A stretch of 64,000 bases of DNA from contig NC_042998.1 in NCBI RefSeq assembly GCF_006345805.1, positions 169,694,001-169,758,000 on the forward strand, in the 5' to 3' direction. Below, in pieces: positions 38,182 to 49,446 of this stretch. The notes under the pieces are model-generated. The model did no database searches. It was given only the letters and a program-made list of their open reading frames with translations, and had not been told where the DNA came from. The position numbers and the translations under genes are program-made. The stretch comes from Octopus sinensis. Its lineage: Eukaryota. Each line of letters opens with the position of its first letter. The stretch's first letter is position 1.

Positions 38182-39894
38182 TCAAACTATATAGATTATA
38201 TCAGATTAGTATTTTCAATAAAGATTTTCGTTAACAAAAAAATAAAAAGTCGAAGAAAAAAACCCTACACTAGTATGGAAAAATGAAACTACAAAAATAA
38301 GTACCAGTTGAGCCTGGGGTCGATATAAGCGACGAGTCTCCTACCCCAACAAAAATTCCAGGCCGTGTGCCTATACTACAAAGAACTATTACATATTGAC
38401 AGAATACATATAATGCTAATTTCGCATTGAAAACTTCAATACTTTATGGTATTATACATTCCCTTTGTATACATGTTTTCATATTCACACTTGCTCATTC
38501 ATACACCCTGGGGACAAAAAAAAAAAACGGCAACATTTAGCTTTTACCCCTTTAGTGATGAATGAAAGAAAGATGGTAGAGCAGTGTTATATGGGGAAGG
38601 GAAAAAGACAAGGAGTTGTGCAGTTATTTCTGTTTTGTTTTGTTTTATTTCATTTAAAAAAAAAAATTTTACCTTCGTGTTTTTAACATTCCTTTCTTCC
38701 ATACAACGAGATTTACGAGTCTGAAGTTTTTAAAATCTATGTTTTTTTTATCTACATCTTTCTTTGTCTTCCAGTCCCATTTTTTTTTTCCTTCCCACAA
38801 AAGTAGTGACAAGTGTTCCAAAAGTCCGACATCAACAGTTGCGGAAAATAAAATATTTTGGCAATCCCTGCCTCTCAGCTATCGAATGCGTGTTTGTTTC
38901 TTGTCAGCATTTTTCTAAGGTCACCATAAGAATTAATGAAATTGCTGAACGAACCTTACTAACATTGATCAGGACGTAACAACCTATTGTTTTCTTTATT
39001 TAGACTTCCAATGTGGAGTTCCTTTGTAGTCGCTCTACTCGCAAGAAGTAACAGCCAAATTCATCTCAAATCACATCCGGCTGTCTCTAAAAGGTATACA
39101 TTGAAAATATTCTGCCGAGGTCGACTTTGCTTTTCATCCTTTCGGGGGTCGATTAAATAAGTACCAGTTACGCACTGGAGTCAATATAATCGACTTAATC
39201 CGTTTGTCTGTCCTTGCTTGTCCTCTCTGTATTTAGCCCCTTGTGAGAAGTAAAGAAATAGGTATACATTGAATAATGTGGTCTGAGATAAACTATACCT
39301 GAAAAGAAGGAATTACAATGGCTTGAATACTATTGGCTGTGGGTCTGCTCAATCAGAGCCGATCTGGCACTAAACAACAATTCGATTATAGATAGTTATC
39401 TCTATAAATACACAATGTGAGTGGATTTTTTAAGGAGCCCCTAAGACCAGCAAGTTTTTGAAACACACACACATATTTGTTTCATTTCTGAACGAGTAGT
39501 ACTTACCAAATAAAAGACATAAGCCCTGCCATTACAGTTGGATCTTTTCAATCTGTGGCGTTTATGGAATTGCAACGTATGTTAAAACGCAAGAATCATC
39601 GAATACCGACAATATTTATATATTTGCAGTTTTGAAGATAGAATCAGTTTAAATTGTTAACTGCACACGGAGATTTGATGTAATTTATCAAGATTACAAG
39701 CTAAAAGAAATTGTTCTTAGGTTAATTCACGACTGAAAATTATGGTATTTTGAACAATGAAACAATGATTCAAATCAGAACCTTTTTATCTATTTATTTT
39801 TTCTTTACAGAAATGTTTTATTTTTATTTTTTGGTCGAATAAATCACGACTTTTATTTACCTTTTAAATGCTTCCTGGGCAACGCAGTTTTTCC

Positions 39895-40744
39895 GATTTT
39901 GTTTCCTCATAACTTTCAGAAAAATAGCTCTTTTTATAAAGAAATGGTAAATTTTGGTGGTAAAAATTTACCAAAGAAATTTTCCGCATACAACTTTCAG
40001 ATGATGTAGAGTACAATTATATCGGAATTTGTTGCGGAAAAAAAAAGGATAATTTTCGATCCTTTCGATCTTTTCACTAAAAAAAACAACACTCGGATTT
40101 TTTGCATGGAATCAAGTACCCTGACCTCCCAATATGCTGCAAACGCCTTATTTTTGTTCAGAAAAAAGGTAGTGTGGGAAACCGCACTAATCATTGGAAA
40201 TTTTTCTTTTTTTGCGTTGAATGAATTCCGGTGACCTTTTAATAAGCTACAAAAGCCTTTTTGGGGTTCAGAAAACAGAGTGGGGTGGGATGGAACCCAC
40301 AGAAATTTCACCCCACCCCCATTTTCAAATAGTTCTTTCTATTTCTTTACCCATAACTTTAGATAACATTTTGCAGAAATACGTTTTCGAGAGAGTGTGG
40401 ATTACATTGGATTGAAAATTCAAAGAAGTTTGAAATGAATAAGTGAAAATGCAGAGTTTATAGAAGTTAGTGATAACGAAGTGTGTGGAGAAATAACGAA
40501 CGATAAATTCATCTAAAAATAAAACACGGCAGAGTTTTTGCATGTATGTGTGAAACGAAGTAAAAGTATAATATTAAAACAAAAATATCTTTTTCCTACC
40601 TCTTCAAATCACTGGATATAATACATATAATAATTCCAGATCGCAGAATAGATTTGAAAAACTAAAGCATTTTCCCTTTGCAATTTTTTACACCGAAACG
40701 AGTTTCATTTTTGTGTGTGGGGAGAGAGAGATGGGGGTAGAAGG

Positions 40745-40775
<31 letters not shown>

Positions 40776-41325
40776 ACGAAGTTTATCTAAACTTTGAATG
40801 GTGTAACAATATATCATAATTATATATATCATTAAATATCATCATCATCATTTAACGTTTGCTTTCCATGCTGGCATGGGCTGGGCGGTTTGACTGAGGA
40901 CTGGCAAGCCAGGAGGCTGCAATAAGGCTCCAGTCTGTTCTGGCAAGGTTTCTACAGCCGGATGCTCTTCCTAACGCCAACCACTCCGCAAGTGTAGTGG
41001 GAGCTTTTCAAGTGTCACTGGCACGGGGGCCAGTCAGATGGTACTGGCATCAATCACATCGGCCGGTATCCCCACCCTTCCCAAACAAAAATAAGGGGTT
41101 TGCAGCATATTGGGAGGTCAGGGTACTTGATTCCACGCAAAAAATCTGAGTTCTTTTTTTTTTTAGTGAAAATCGTGCAGGATCAAATAATACCAAAAAT
41201 AGTTGGCATGTACACTTCTCGTATATCTACAAAATACAATCATAATCTACACCATCTGAAAAGTATTTATAGAAAATTTCAGTAAGAAATATCAAATTTT
41301 CTGAAAATTATGAGGGAACAAGATC
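39895..41325. mobile_element. Foldback-type element with about 250-bp inverted arms and an internal RTE-tail repeat (about 40845-41070)
   Basis: 39895-40160 is the reverse complement of 41084-41325 (e.g. ggaatcaagtaccctgacctcccaatatgctgcaaac). A third arm fragment lies at about 42050-42165, inside the hAT remnant. Confidence 0.75.
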
Positions 41326-41879
41326 AAGAGTGTACGTGTGTAAGCATACTGTTTTTTTCTGATGTCATTGTAGCTCCATTTCATTGGAAGTGAGCATAAT
41401 CTATCAGTTGCACAATAGATTCCTTTTGATTATATCCGAGAGCAAGTTCTTAAATTTACTGAATCAACTCCAGAAGTAGAGAAAATTTTGTGGCTTCTCT
41501 TTACTAACAAGGCAATAATTCTGCCTTCTTTGATGACGAAGTTAAAACATTTTTAAGTGTGGTATATATGATTTAATTTCATTATGTGAATACATGACAA
41601 TCTGTCCATTGCGTTTTTATCTTTAGAACCCTACCAAAGGGTTTGCTCCCTATAAGACACTCTAAATTACAGTGTACAACTGGTATTTAATCCACAAAAA
41701 TGTTTGATTCAGATGGTTGATACCAGTGGCCCAAGAACGATGTTTGCTTAGTGGGTGCGAACTCATGTCCAAATTTTTTTTATAAACAAGGCTGACTCTT
41801 TTTTCAATCTCAATATCAAAACAAACACAAGTATAATAATATTTTTTTATTATTATACATGGAAAAGTAATGCTTCAAA

Positions 41880-42760
41880 TCACTCCAAAATTTTTTTTTA
41901 TACTCGCTCGTTTTGGCGATGAAGTTTTCCAAGATGATGTCCAACGTCTTTTCATTGCACAATATTTTATGTATATGCATTACAGGACAGTGTCAGACAA
42001 TGCTGTATCGTTGTGGTTAGGAGTCAAGTCTTCAAAAAAAAAAAAGGGAAAATTTTCCAATGATTCTGGGATGGGGTGGGCAGTTTCCCACTCCACCTTT
42101 TTTCGAACAAAAATAAGGGGTTTGCAGCATATTAGGAGGTCAGGATACTTGATTCCATGCTGAATATTCTCTCGCTTGATGCAATATACATTCTCATCAC
42201 AAAGTCTTGTCCAAAGTGCTTTCAGAAAAATGGTGATTTGGTGAACAAAGTTCAATGCATCAGTGACCAAGGCAACCATAAATCCAACTTTTTGGAGGAC
42301 AAAGTTCAGAGAGTGGTTTTCGCAGTGTACAAAATATGTACCAGGGAGCATGTATTTTAATCTCTTTTGTATGCCTGAAATGTTTCCGCTCATGGTGCAT
42401 GCACTATCAAAGGCAAAAGCAGCATAATTTTGACGATTTTGTATGTGTATTTTGTTTAAAATGGGCCTTTTAACTGATGTCACTGGTTTACCGACCCTTT
42501 TCAGAAGACGACAGCGTGTAGTTCTGGATTCAATTGTTTCACCAATGCGCTTGGCAAAGTTCTCCACTTGTAAGACTTGTCTTCTTTACAGCTTCGCACT
42601 TAATTTGTGAGGCAGAAGGTTGAGAAACAGCCCTCGACTGACTCTTGTTGTCTCTTTCATGATATCTTCCATTTATTTTAGATATTTCATATGTTGATTT
42701 ATCTTCTGCAAGTTCAGAAGTAATAACAGATTTCTCTGAAGCAGTTAAATCACATTTACG
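41880..42760 (-). mobile_element. hAT transposase remnant (ZMYM1-like group)
   Basis: ORF 41980-42567 contains FDSACTMSGNISGIQKRL...YFVHCENHSLN, the second catalytic D region plus the CxxH motif. A C-terminal HK...LDIILENFIAK fragment lies at about 41960-41890. Confidence 0.85.
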
Positions 42761-42846
42761 ACCTATAATTACACAATTATCAAACTACTCGTTAATAATT
42801 TGGAACATCGAAAATTCGTGGAAATCATGCAAACGGTGGCAGTTTG

Positions 42847-43079
42847 GGCGGAGGTAAAGAATATGTACACCACCCTTTTCGGCGTAACAAAAGCCCTAAC
42901 CTAACCCTAACCATAATCCTAAACCCTAACCCGGCAGAGATAAAGAACACGTACACCACCCATATTTGGCGTAACAAAATCCCTAATCCTAACCCCAATC
43001 CTCACCCTAATCCTAAACACCAGGTGTACATATTAACCCTAACCCTAAACAACGGGTGTGTGCATTCTTTATTTTCGCC
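42847..43079. mobile_element. Small TIR element carrying degenerate (TAACCC)n, candidate 9-bp TSD
   Basis: Left GGCGGAGGTAAAGA, right end reverse complement GGCGAAAATAAAGA, internal duplicate left end at about 42931. Flanks ggcagtttg (42838-42846) / ggcggtttg (43080-43088). Confidence 0.65.
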
Positions 43080-43303
43080 GGCGGTTTGTTTACAATTGTG
43101 CAAAACATCACGTTTTTTACATACCACACGTATATAAATGTTGCCATCATTCTGTAGAAATTTCGTTAAATAAATTTTAAACAAAATAAACACATGTTAC
43201 AATGTGAAACACAGTGCACACATACATGCACACGCGCACACACACACATGCAGATAGACAGATAGATACATAAATACATACATACATACTTACATATACA
43301 TAC

Positions 43304-43337
<34 letters not shown>

Positions 43338-43371
43338 ATGTTATAATTTAGAACAAACAGTGAAAAGTTGT

Positions 43372-43439
43372 CATTATAGTACTCAGAGTTTCGAATGTCA
43401 GAGCGAAGAGCTACGATACATTCTCGTCGGCTATTAATG
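43372..43439 (-). ncRNA. Candidate type-I hammerhead ribozyme (core CCGACGA, U4 to C)
   Basis: Minus strand: CATTAATAG CCGACGA GAATGT-19 nt-ACATTC GAA ACTCtGAGT A CTATAATG. Stem I 8 bp with one bulge, stem II 6 bp with G-C closing pair, quasi-palindromic stem III, GUA triplet (A17 = 43380). Confidence 0.55.
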
Positions 43440-43726
43440 GCAACAGGCGCTATGAAAAGCCTCTTAATAAAAGGGAAGTTACTCTAATAGGTAGAAAAAT
43501 AAAAAAATACCCGCAACCATATTCTCACAATACATAGACCTCTTGTGTTCACAACGTCTACATATGTACAAACATGTATACATACATGCACATTCACACG
43601 CACAAATACATATGTATCTACGTACTCATACATACACACATGTATATGTGTGTACGCAACCTCATCCTCATATACACATGGGTGCTTACATGCATATACG
43701 TAACATAATACATATATATATTTAGA

Positions 43727-44360
43727 CCAGTGTTTCCCAAACTTTTCGCATCAAATTGCAATATCGGCCAAAAATGCTCCATCGCCGACCTGTGTAAAAA
43801 AAACCCGGACACAACCTCCCCAAGACAACCCCCCCCCCCGTATAATTTGACACATCCTATATCGTAGATTTGTTGCCCTGTTGGTGCCGCTTGGACTAAA
43901 TATGCAGTTGTTTACAAATTCCTCATTGTGGGTTTGGTTTTGATATTTGTGTCCATAAAATTCTGACGTTAGCTCTTATGCAGACAGATTAACTTCTGGA
44001 AACTTGCGCTTTCTTTTACACTGATTTTCATTCTCTCCAAATGAGCCATTGATCAGAACTACCGATGCAAAATTAAATAATGATTGTATTATAAAGGAAA
44101 AGAATAAAACCTTTTAATGAGAACCATGTGTCTGGTGCGATGCAGCTAGTGCAGATACATTCAGTTTCAAGCTGGTCAGCTTTAGCCGCAAGTCTCCTTG
44201 TGTCACATCCAGTCCAATTCTTTTATGGGAAAGTAAAGTTCCAACAAGGTTAAATCCAGATTCAACCAGGTATGTGGTAGGGAAGGCAAGCAAAAGTAAT
44301 TTCAGATGTTTCCACTACTACGGGTTGCTTGAAGCTAACTTTCTTACACCTCGATCCTTG
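43727..44360 (-). mobile_element. hAT Buster/Charlie-type transposon 3' remnant
   Basis: Minus 44314-44114 reads WKHLKLLLLAFPTTYLVESGFNLVGTLLSHKRIGLDVTQGDLRLKLTSLKLNVSALAASHQTHGSH*, the hAT dimerisation domain with the terminal SH*. TIR-like CAGTGTTTCCCAAAC at 43727. Confidence 0.85.
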
Positions 44361-46249
44361 GAACTAACATATATTGATTATTCATTTTTATACTTTTTGT
44401 GATCTAGTTATATGTTTTATAAAAATATATTTTATTTTTTATTTATGATTTGGTTTATGTATACCACTGTTTGAATTGCATAATAGTGTTTTTTTCTCTA
44501 ATTTATATATATATATATATCTGCTACGAAACTCTATAAAATGTTCAAATTCCCCACAAAGGAATTGATTTGATTTGAAAACCCCACTGGATTGGGAGAA
44601 AGCGCTAATAATCCGAATGATATGATCTGAATGATATGATAGATATATATGTAAAAAATGTAATATATAAATAAATATCTATAAATATGAACCATCCGAT
44701 CTGATTACCTCATTTTTTCTAATATATATATATATATATATAATATATATATATAAAATTGAATTTTTTAATGTTGATGATGCTTTAACTCAGTAATATA
44801 TCTTCCTCGGAATTTGGGGGTGTTTTCTTTTTATTTATTTTAGCTCTTCGTTCCTAATTTCTAAGACTGGGAAAGGTAAGTTGGGAATCCAATATTGAAT
44901 TTTGGAGCCCCAGAAAATTTTAGAGTGTGCAAGTGCACCCTGCACCCCTATTCCTGGGCCCTTGATCGATACATCCTATTTGCAATGTCTTTGTAATTAG
45001 TAACACGCTTTTTATTCTGCAGTCTAATTGTACTTAATAACGTCACGTTGGAATGAGCAGAATTTATTCACAAAGAATGTGGCTCAAGTGAATCCACATG
45101 GCTAGTCTTCAGTGGTGCAGGAAAACTTTTACTAAATAATGTTTTAAAGAAACAGCGCTGAAGTTGATGTTAATGGCATATGAACTTACATTTTGACAGT
45201 AAGATATTTTAAAATTCTTTCTTGATATGGAAAATTTCTTTTTAGATGCCCACTTATGAAATCCGTATCTTTAATTTCTATAGTTCCTTTTACAGTCAAA
45301 CCAATAATCTGTTAAACTTAAGTTTAGAGTCTGATAGTCTGTGGTATGGTTTCAATACTTGTTCAGATCAATTTTTCTTGATTTTCAAAAATACTTCCTT
45401 TGAGAAAAGCATACGCATAACTTTCGTAAGCTCTTCAATATTTGTGCTATCAAAGAAACAACTGGCTCAATAAGCAATGAGAAAGTCTCAGAGAGCTACA
45501 ATTTTGGGATAAAAGATTAGGTGAATCCTCCTCGAAAATATGAAAGACCAAGTTGACCTCTGCAGGATTTGAAGCTAGAACATAAAAAGTCGTAACTAAA
45601 CTCTCCAAACATTTTATCCGACGCATTAAAGAAAGATGCTGCGAGAAGAGACAGATGACTCAATGAGCTTATGTAGAAGGTGATATGTTGAATACTTGTT
45701 TAAAGAAGAAAAGAAAGCAATAAAAGAATCGAGAGAAAATACTGTGTATTGGTGCAGTGTGTTAGTGATGGGAAATTTGCCTATTAATCAGACCCTCCCA
45801 CTTTTCTTTGATGCAGTCTTTGTTTGCATATATATTAGTCTCACCTTCCCAGTAAGTTTCTGACTTCACAGAAAAAAGGTCCTTCGGTGTACTTGTTATG
45901 ACATTGTTATAAATATGCAGTCTCCAGCAGAGGTTATCAGATGTGAGATTTGGTATGTAGAAGCTGCGAAGGTTTTTAATTGTGAGCTGTTTACGTTTTG
46001 GTGTTGTTGAATGAGACTGTTGTCATGTCATCCTACAAGGATGTTTACAATCTTTTTTGTTTATAGAAGTATTGCCAGGCTTCTAACAAACTAAATAATT
46101 ACAGAATGTATTAAATGAAGTCACGAAAGATAATCAATAGCTTGTTTCAGGTTTTATTCAATTGTTACTTAAATACCAACTGCAACGAATTTGAAAAAAG
46201 ACAAATGTTCGTATTATGGTTGATAGTTTGTCTACATCAAAAATCTCAA

Positions 46250-46740
46250 AGTCACTTTTTCGACCGTTCTACAGACAACCGTTTCCCTGTCGGCATAGGC
46301 GCCGAAGTAAGCATCATACCAGTATCCCTAACACCATTTATCAGGAAACCCACATCAATTCTTCCACAGGCAGTCAACCATTCTCGATTCCAACTTTGGC
46401 AAATAGTCTTTTACTCTGGACTTAGGCCTGCGTCAAGTTTTATTAATAGATTTTTTCCATCGTTAAATTGCCAAGTGCTATTTTAGGAACTGATTTCCTA
46501 CACCATTTTGGCTTTTTAGAAGATATTAAGCAGTGTAAGTTTTTGATGCTACTCCCAACATCAGTGTGCAAGGTATAACTACCCAGATGTCCACTGTCAG
46601 CGCGGTTATTTTAGTCAGCAACCACACGGTACAACTTTATTCTCCTCAAGTACCCAGAAAGTTCGCCCAGTGTTTCTCAATGATTTTACTTTAGTTGGAC
46701 AAGTGAAATACATTCCCTGTCTCAAGGAACTTGTGCGTAA
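46250..46740 (+). mobile_element. Second Gypsy remnant (aspartic protease region)
   Basis: TDNRFPVGIGAEVSIIP (degenerate F-x-VDTGAEVSIIP) followed by GTDFLHHFGFLEDI. Confidence 0.6.
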
Positions 46741-47131
46741 AAAAATATTATATATCTTTATTAATAATTTTATTTACCTTTTATGAAATTAGATTTCATA
46801 AGAGATTATGCAAATCGTATCACTGACTTTAAAAGGTTTGGCTGAGCTAAATCCATGAGATGCTACAAAGATAAATTAAATGCAGCTATCTGGGTCACGA
46901 TCGTGACCTGTCAACCTGTGCCTGATGACCACGATCATGGCCCGTCGCGCTTTATGTGTTAAATATGAAAAACGATATCTGAACTTGAAATACTTCAATT
47001 TTACTTTCAACCCGAACCTCATTATAAACATTAGAAACTCATATTTAGATTTAATTCCATCATAGACCTGAAAAAAAAAAAAGAAGAAAAAAAAACATTA
47101 TCTCTTGGCAACTCGAAGTGTAAATAGTATT

Positions 47132-48090
47132 GGCGGAGGTAAAGATCATGGACCGCACCCCCTTTGGGATTTAGGGGGTGGGGGTTATTTTTACATGAAT
47201 ACACTATATAGAGGGCGGAGATTCCGAATCTGCAAAAAAAATCTGCATTTCAAAATTTATATCCCCCACTCCTAAATTTCTTAAATTTTCACTTAAAAAA
47301 AAAAAACATTTGTTTAGGCGAAATACGTAGAAAAATATGGAGATTATGATTCTGAAAAAAAAATTTTGTAAAATTTCAATTTTTCAAAAAGAAATAATAA
47401 ACACCCCTCCCCTCCGCCCTATGAATGACAAGAAGTGAAATTAAAGTGTTTTCTCTACTAATGTTTCACGCATGCACAGAATTATAAAATAGCAGACGCA
47501 AAAAGTATCTAAACAGAAAACCTGACATGCTAGAAACGCGTTTTCAAAATTTTAATACGAGTTACCAAAGAAGAAAAAATTTCAAAATTTAAATACGCCC
47601 CAACCGGAAATCTGACAAGCTAGAAACAACAGCCGAATCGAGGATCAACTTTCTAAATCCGAATTATCAAAAGAGAAAAATAAAAATTTTAATGTAATTT
47701 TATTGTGTGTGTGTGTGTGCAAAAAGTGTAATTTGTATATACCTCTCTTCCAAAAGACCGCCAACCACATGTTCGTCATGAAACATTAGCAGAGAAAACA
47801 CTTTAATTTCACTTCTTGTCATAGGGTGAAGGGGGGCGGATGTTTTTTTTTTTTTTTTTTAAATTGAAATTCTACAGAATTTTTTCCCCAGAATCATAAT
47901 CTCTGTATCTTTCTATGTATTTCGCCAAAAGAAATTTTTTAAAAAAAGGGGAAATTTAAGAAATTTAGTGGGGGGGGGGGTAAATTTTGAAATGCAGATT
48001 TCTTTGCAAATTCGGAATCTCCGCCTTCGATATAGCGTGTTCCTGTAAAAAAAGTTTTAAAAATCGCAAAGAAAAATCTTTACCTCCGCC
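47132..48090. mobile_element. Foldback DNA element with 15-bp perfect TIRs and about 260-bp subterminal inverted arms
   Basis: GGCGGAGGTAAAGAT at 47132-47146 and its reverse complement at 48076-48090. About 47205-47470 pairs with about 47775-48030. Confidence 0.85.
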
Positions 48091-48123
48091 GAAGTATTTC
48101 GCAAAGATAGTTTTTAATTTTGA

Positions 48124-48524
48124 TAGGAGTGGCTGTGTGGTAAGTAGCTTGCTTACGAACCGCATGGTTCCGGGTTCAGTCCCACTGCGCGGCATCTTGG
48201 GCAAGTGTCTTCTACTATAGCCTCGGGCCGACCAAAGCCTTGTGAGTGGATTTGGTAGATGGAAACTGAAAGAAGCCCGTCGTATATATGTATATATATA
48301 TATATGCGTGTGTGTTTGTGTGAGTGTGTTTGTCCCCCTAGCATTGCTTGACAACCGATGCTGGTGTGTTTATGTCCCCGTAACTAGCGGTTCGGCAAAA
48401 GAGACCGATAAAATGAGTACTGGGCTTACAAAAGAATGAGTCCCGGGGTCGAGTTGCTCGATTAAAGGCGGTGCTCCAGCATGGCCGCAGTCAAATGACT
48501 GAAACGAGTAAAAGAGTAAAAGAG
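48124..48524 (+). mobile_element. Family-A SINE, full length, CpG-rich (young or unmethylated copy)
   Basis: Colinear with the 10639-11045 copy and retains most CpGs. Confidence 0.85.
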
Positions 48525-48539
48525 AAACAAATAAATAAA

Positions 48540-48820
48540 TTGTGAAAACGGTGCAGTCCTAAAAGAACTCTTTGGAATAGAATATGTTAAAAGTCTAACG
48601 AGTCATCATCTGTAACCAAGCAATAGCGTACCTCATAAACGAGGGGAGATAACTCGCAGTTATCCCACCAGGTGTCAGTTAATGCCATTAAGGTTGACGA
48701 TTGCTCACATGTTGTGCAATGCCATCAAATATATTTATATTACATCTGAAAAGAAAACTATTTCATCATTAATATTTTGTGGTATGCTTATTCCTGAAAT
48801 AGTCCAAGTTTACAATATCG
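48540..48820 (+). promoter_or_regulatory. Candidate non-coding first exon / promoter of EFL1
   Basis: Non-repeat, CpG-retaining patch ending in a strong donor TCG|GTAAGT at 48821. The ATG-bearing exon has its own acceptor (52711-52712), so an upstream exon is expected. The start coordinate is a guess. Confidence 0.4.
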
Positions 48821-49061
48821 GTAAGTTCTATATTACTGTATATTTACTTACTCTTTAAGTATATTTAATCGCTATTTCAGTAGTCACGTTCGCAAAATGC
48901 CTGATTCGCCTTTCCTATTTAGATCTGTTTATAAAATGAAATTAGTTCTTTTGTCGTGAAACATACTGTTAGCTGTTAGTCACTTTTTTTAATGTTAGTC
49001 ATACTTTTGTTTTGCTTCAGATATTTAGTTTACTTATTGCCGGTTGGTATATTTGATTTTG

Positions 49062-49446
49062 GGCAATCTTTCGTCTCTAGTAGACCTTTCCGTCGATTTC
49101 CGTAAAAAAAATTTTTTTTTTTCACATATGGGCTTGCGGGAACTTTTGAAGTAATGAGAGCGAAAGAGACTAAGAGAAAGCGATTGTATGACGAGGGAAG
49201 TTCTTTTGGAGTTACCGTGCATTGATGTACATGTGTGTGTTTGATGGGGTGTGGGAGACAGACAGTATGTTGTGTAAGTGAAGTGCTTCTGTTAGTGTGT
49301 GTGAAAGAAAGAGATAACTGAAATTTTTTACTCGGTGTATGTGTATATGTATGTATATTACTTCAAAAGTTCCCGCAAGCCCATATGTAAAAAAAAAAAT
49401 TTTAACGGAAATCGACGGAAAGGTGTACTAGAGACGAAAGATCGCC
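49062..49446. mobile_element. MITE with about 90-bp TIRs
   Basis: 49062-49155 (ggcaatctttcgtctctagt...gaacttttgaagtaat) is the reverse complement of 49357-49446. TTAA on the right flank only. Confidence 0.8.

Noticed and set aside
42885-43050. (TAACCC)n-like tract as a telomere or chromosome-fusion relic
   Set aside because: Short, degenerate and enclosed by TIR-like ends with a near-TSD, so it is transposon cargo.
46893-46942. Perfect 16-bp palindrome GGTCACGATCGTGACC plus a degenerate second copy
   Set aside because: Most likely subterminal palindromes of a DNA-transposon fragment; there is no evidence of a separate function.
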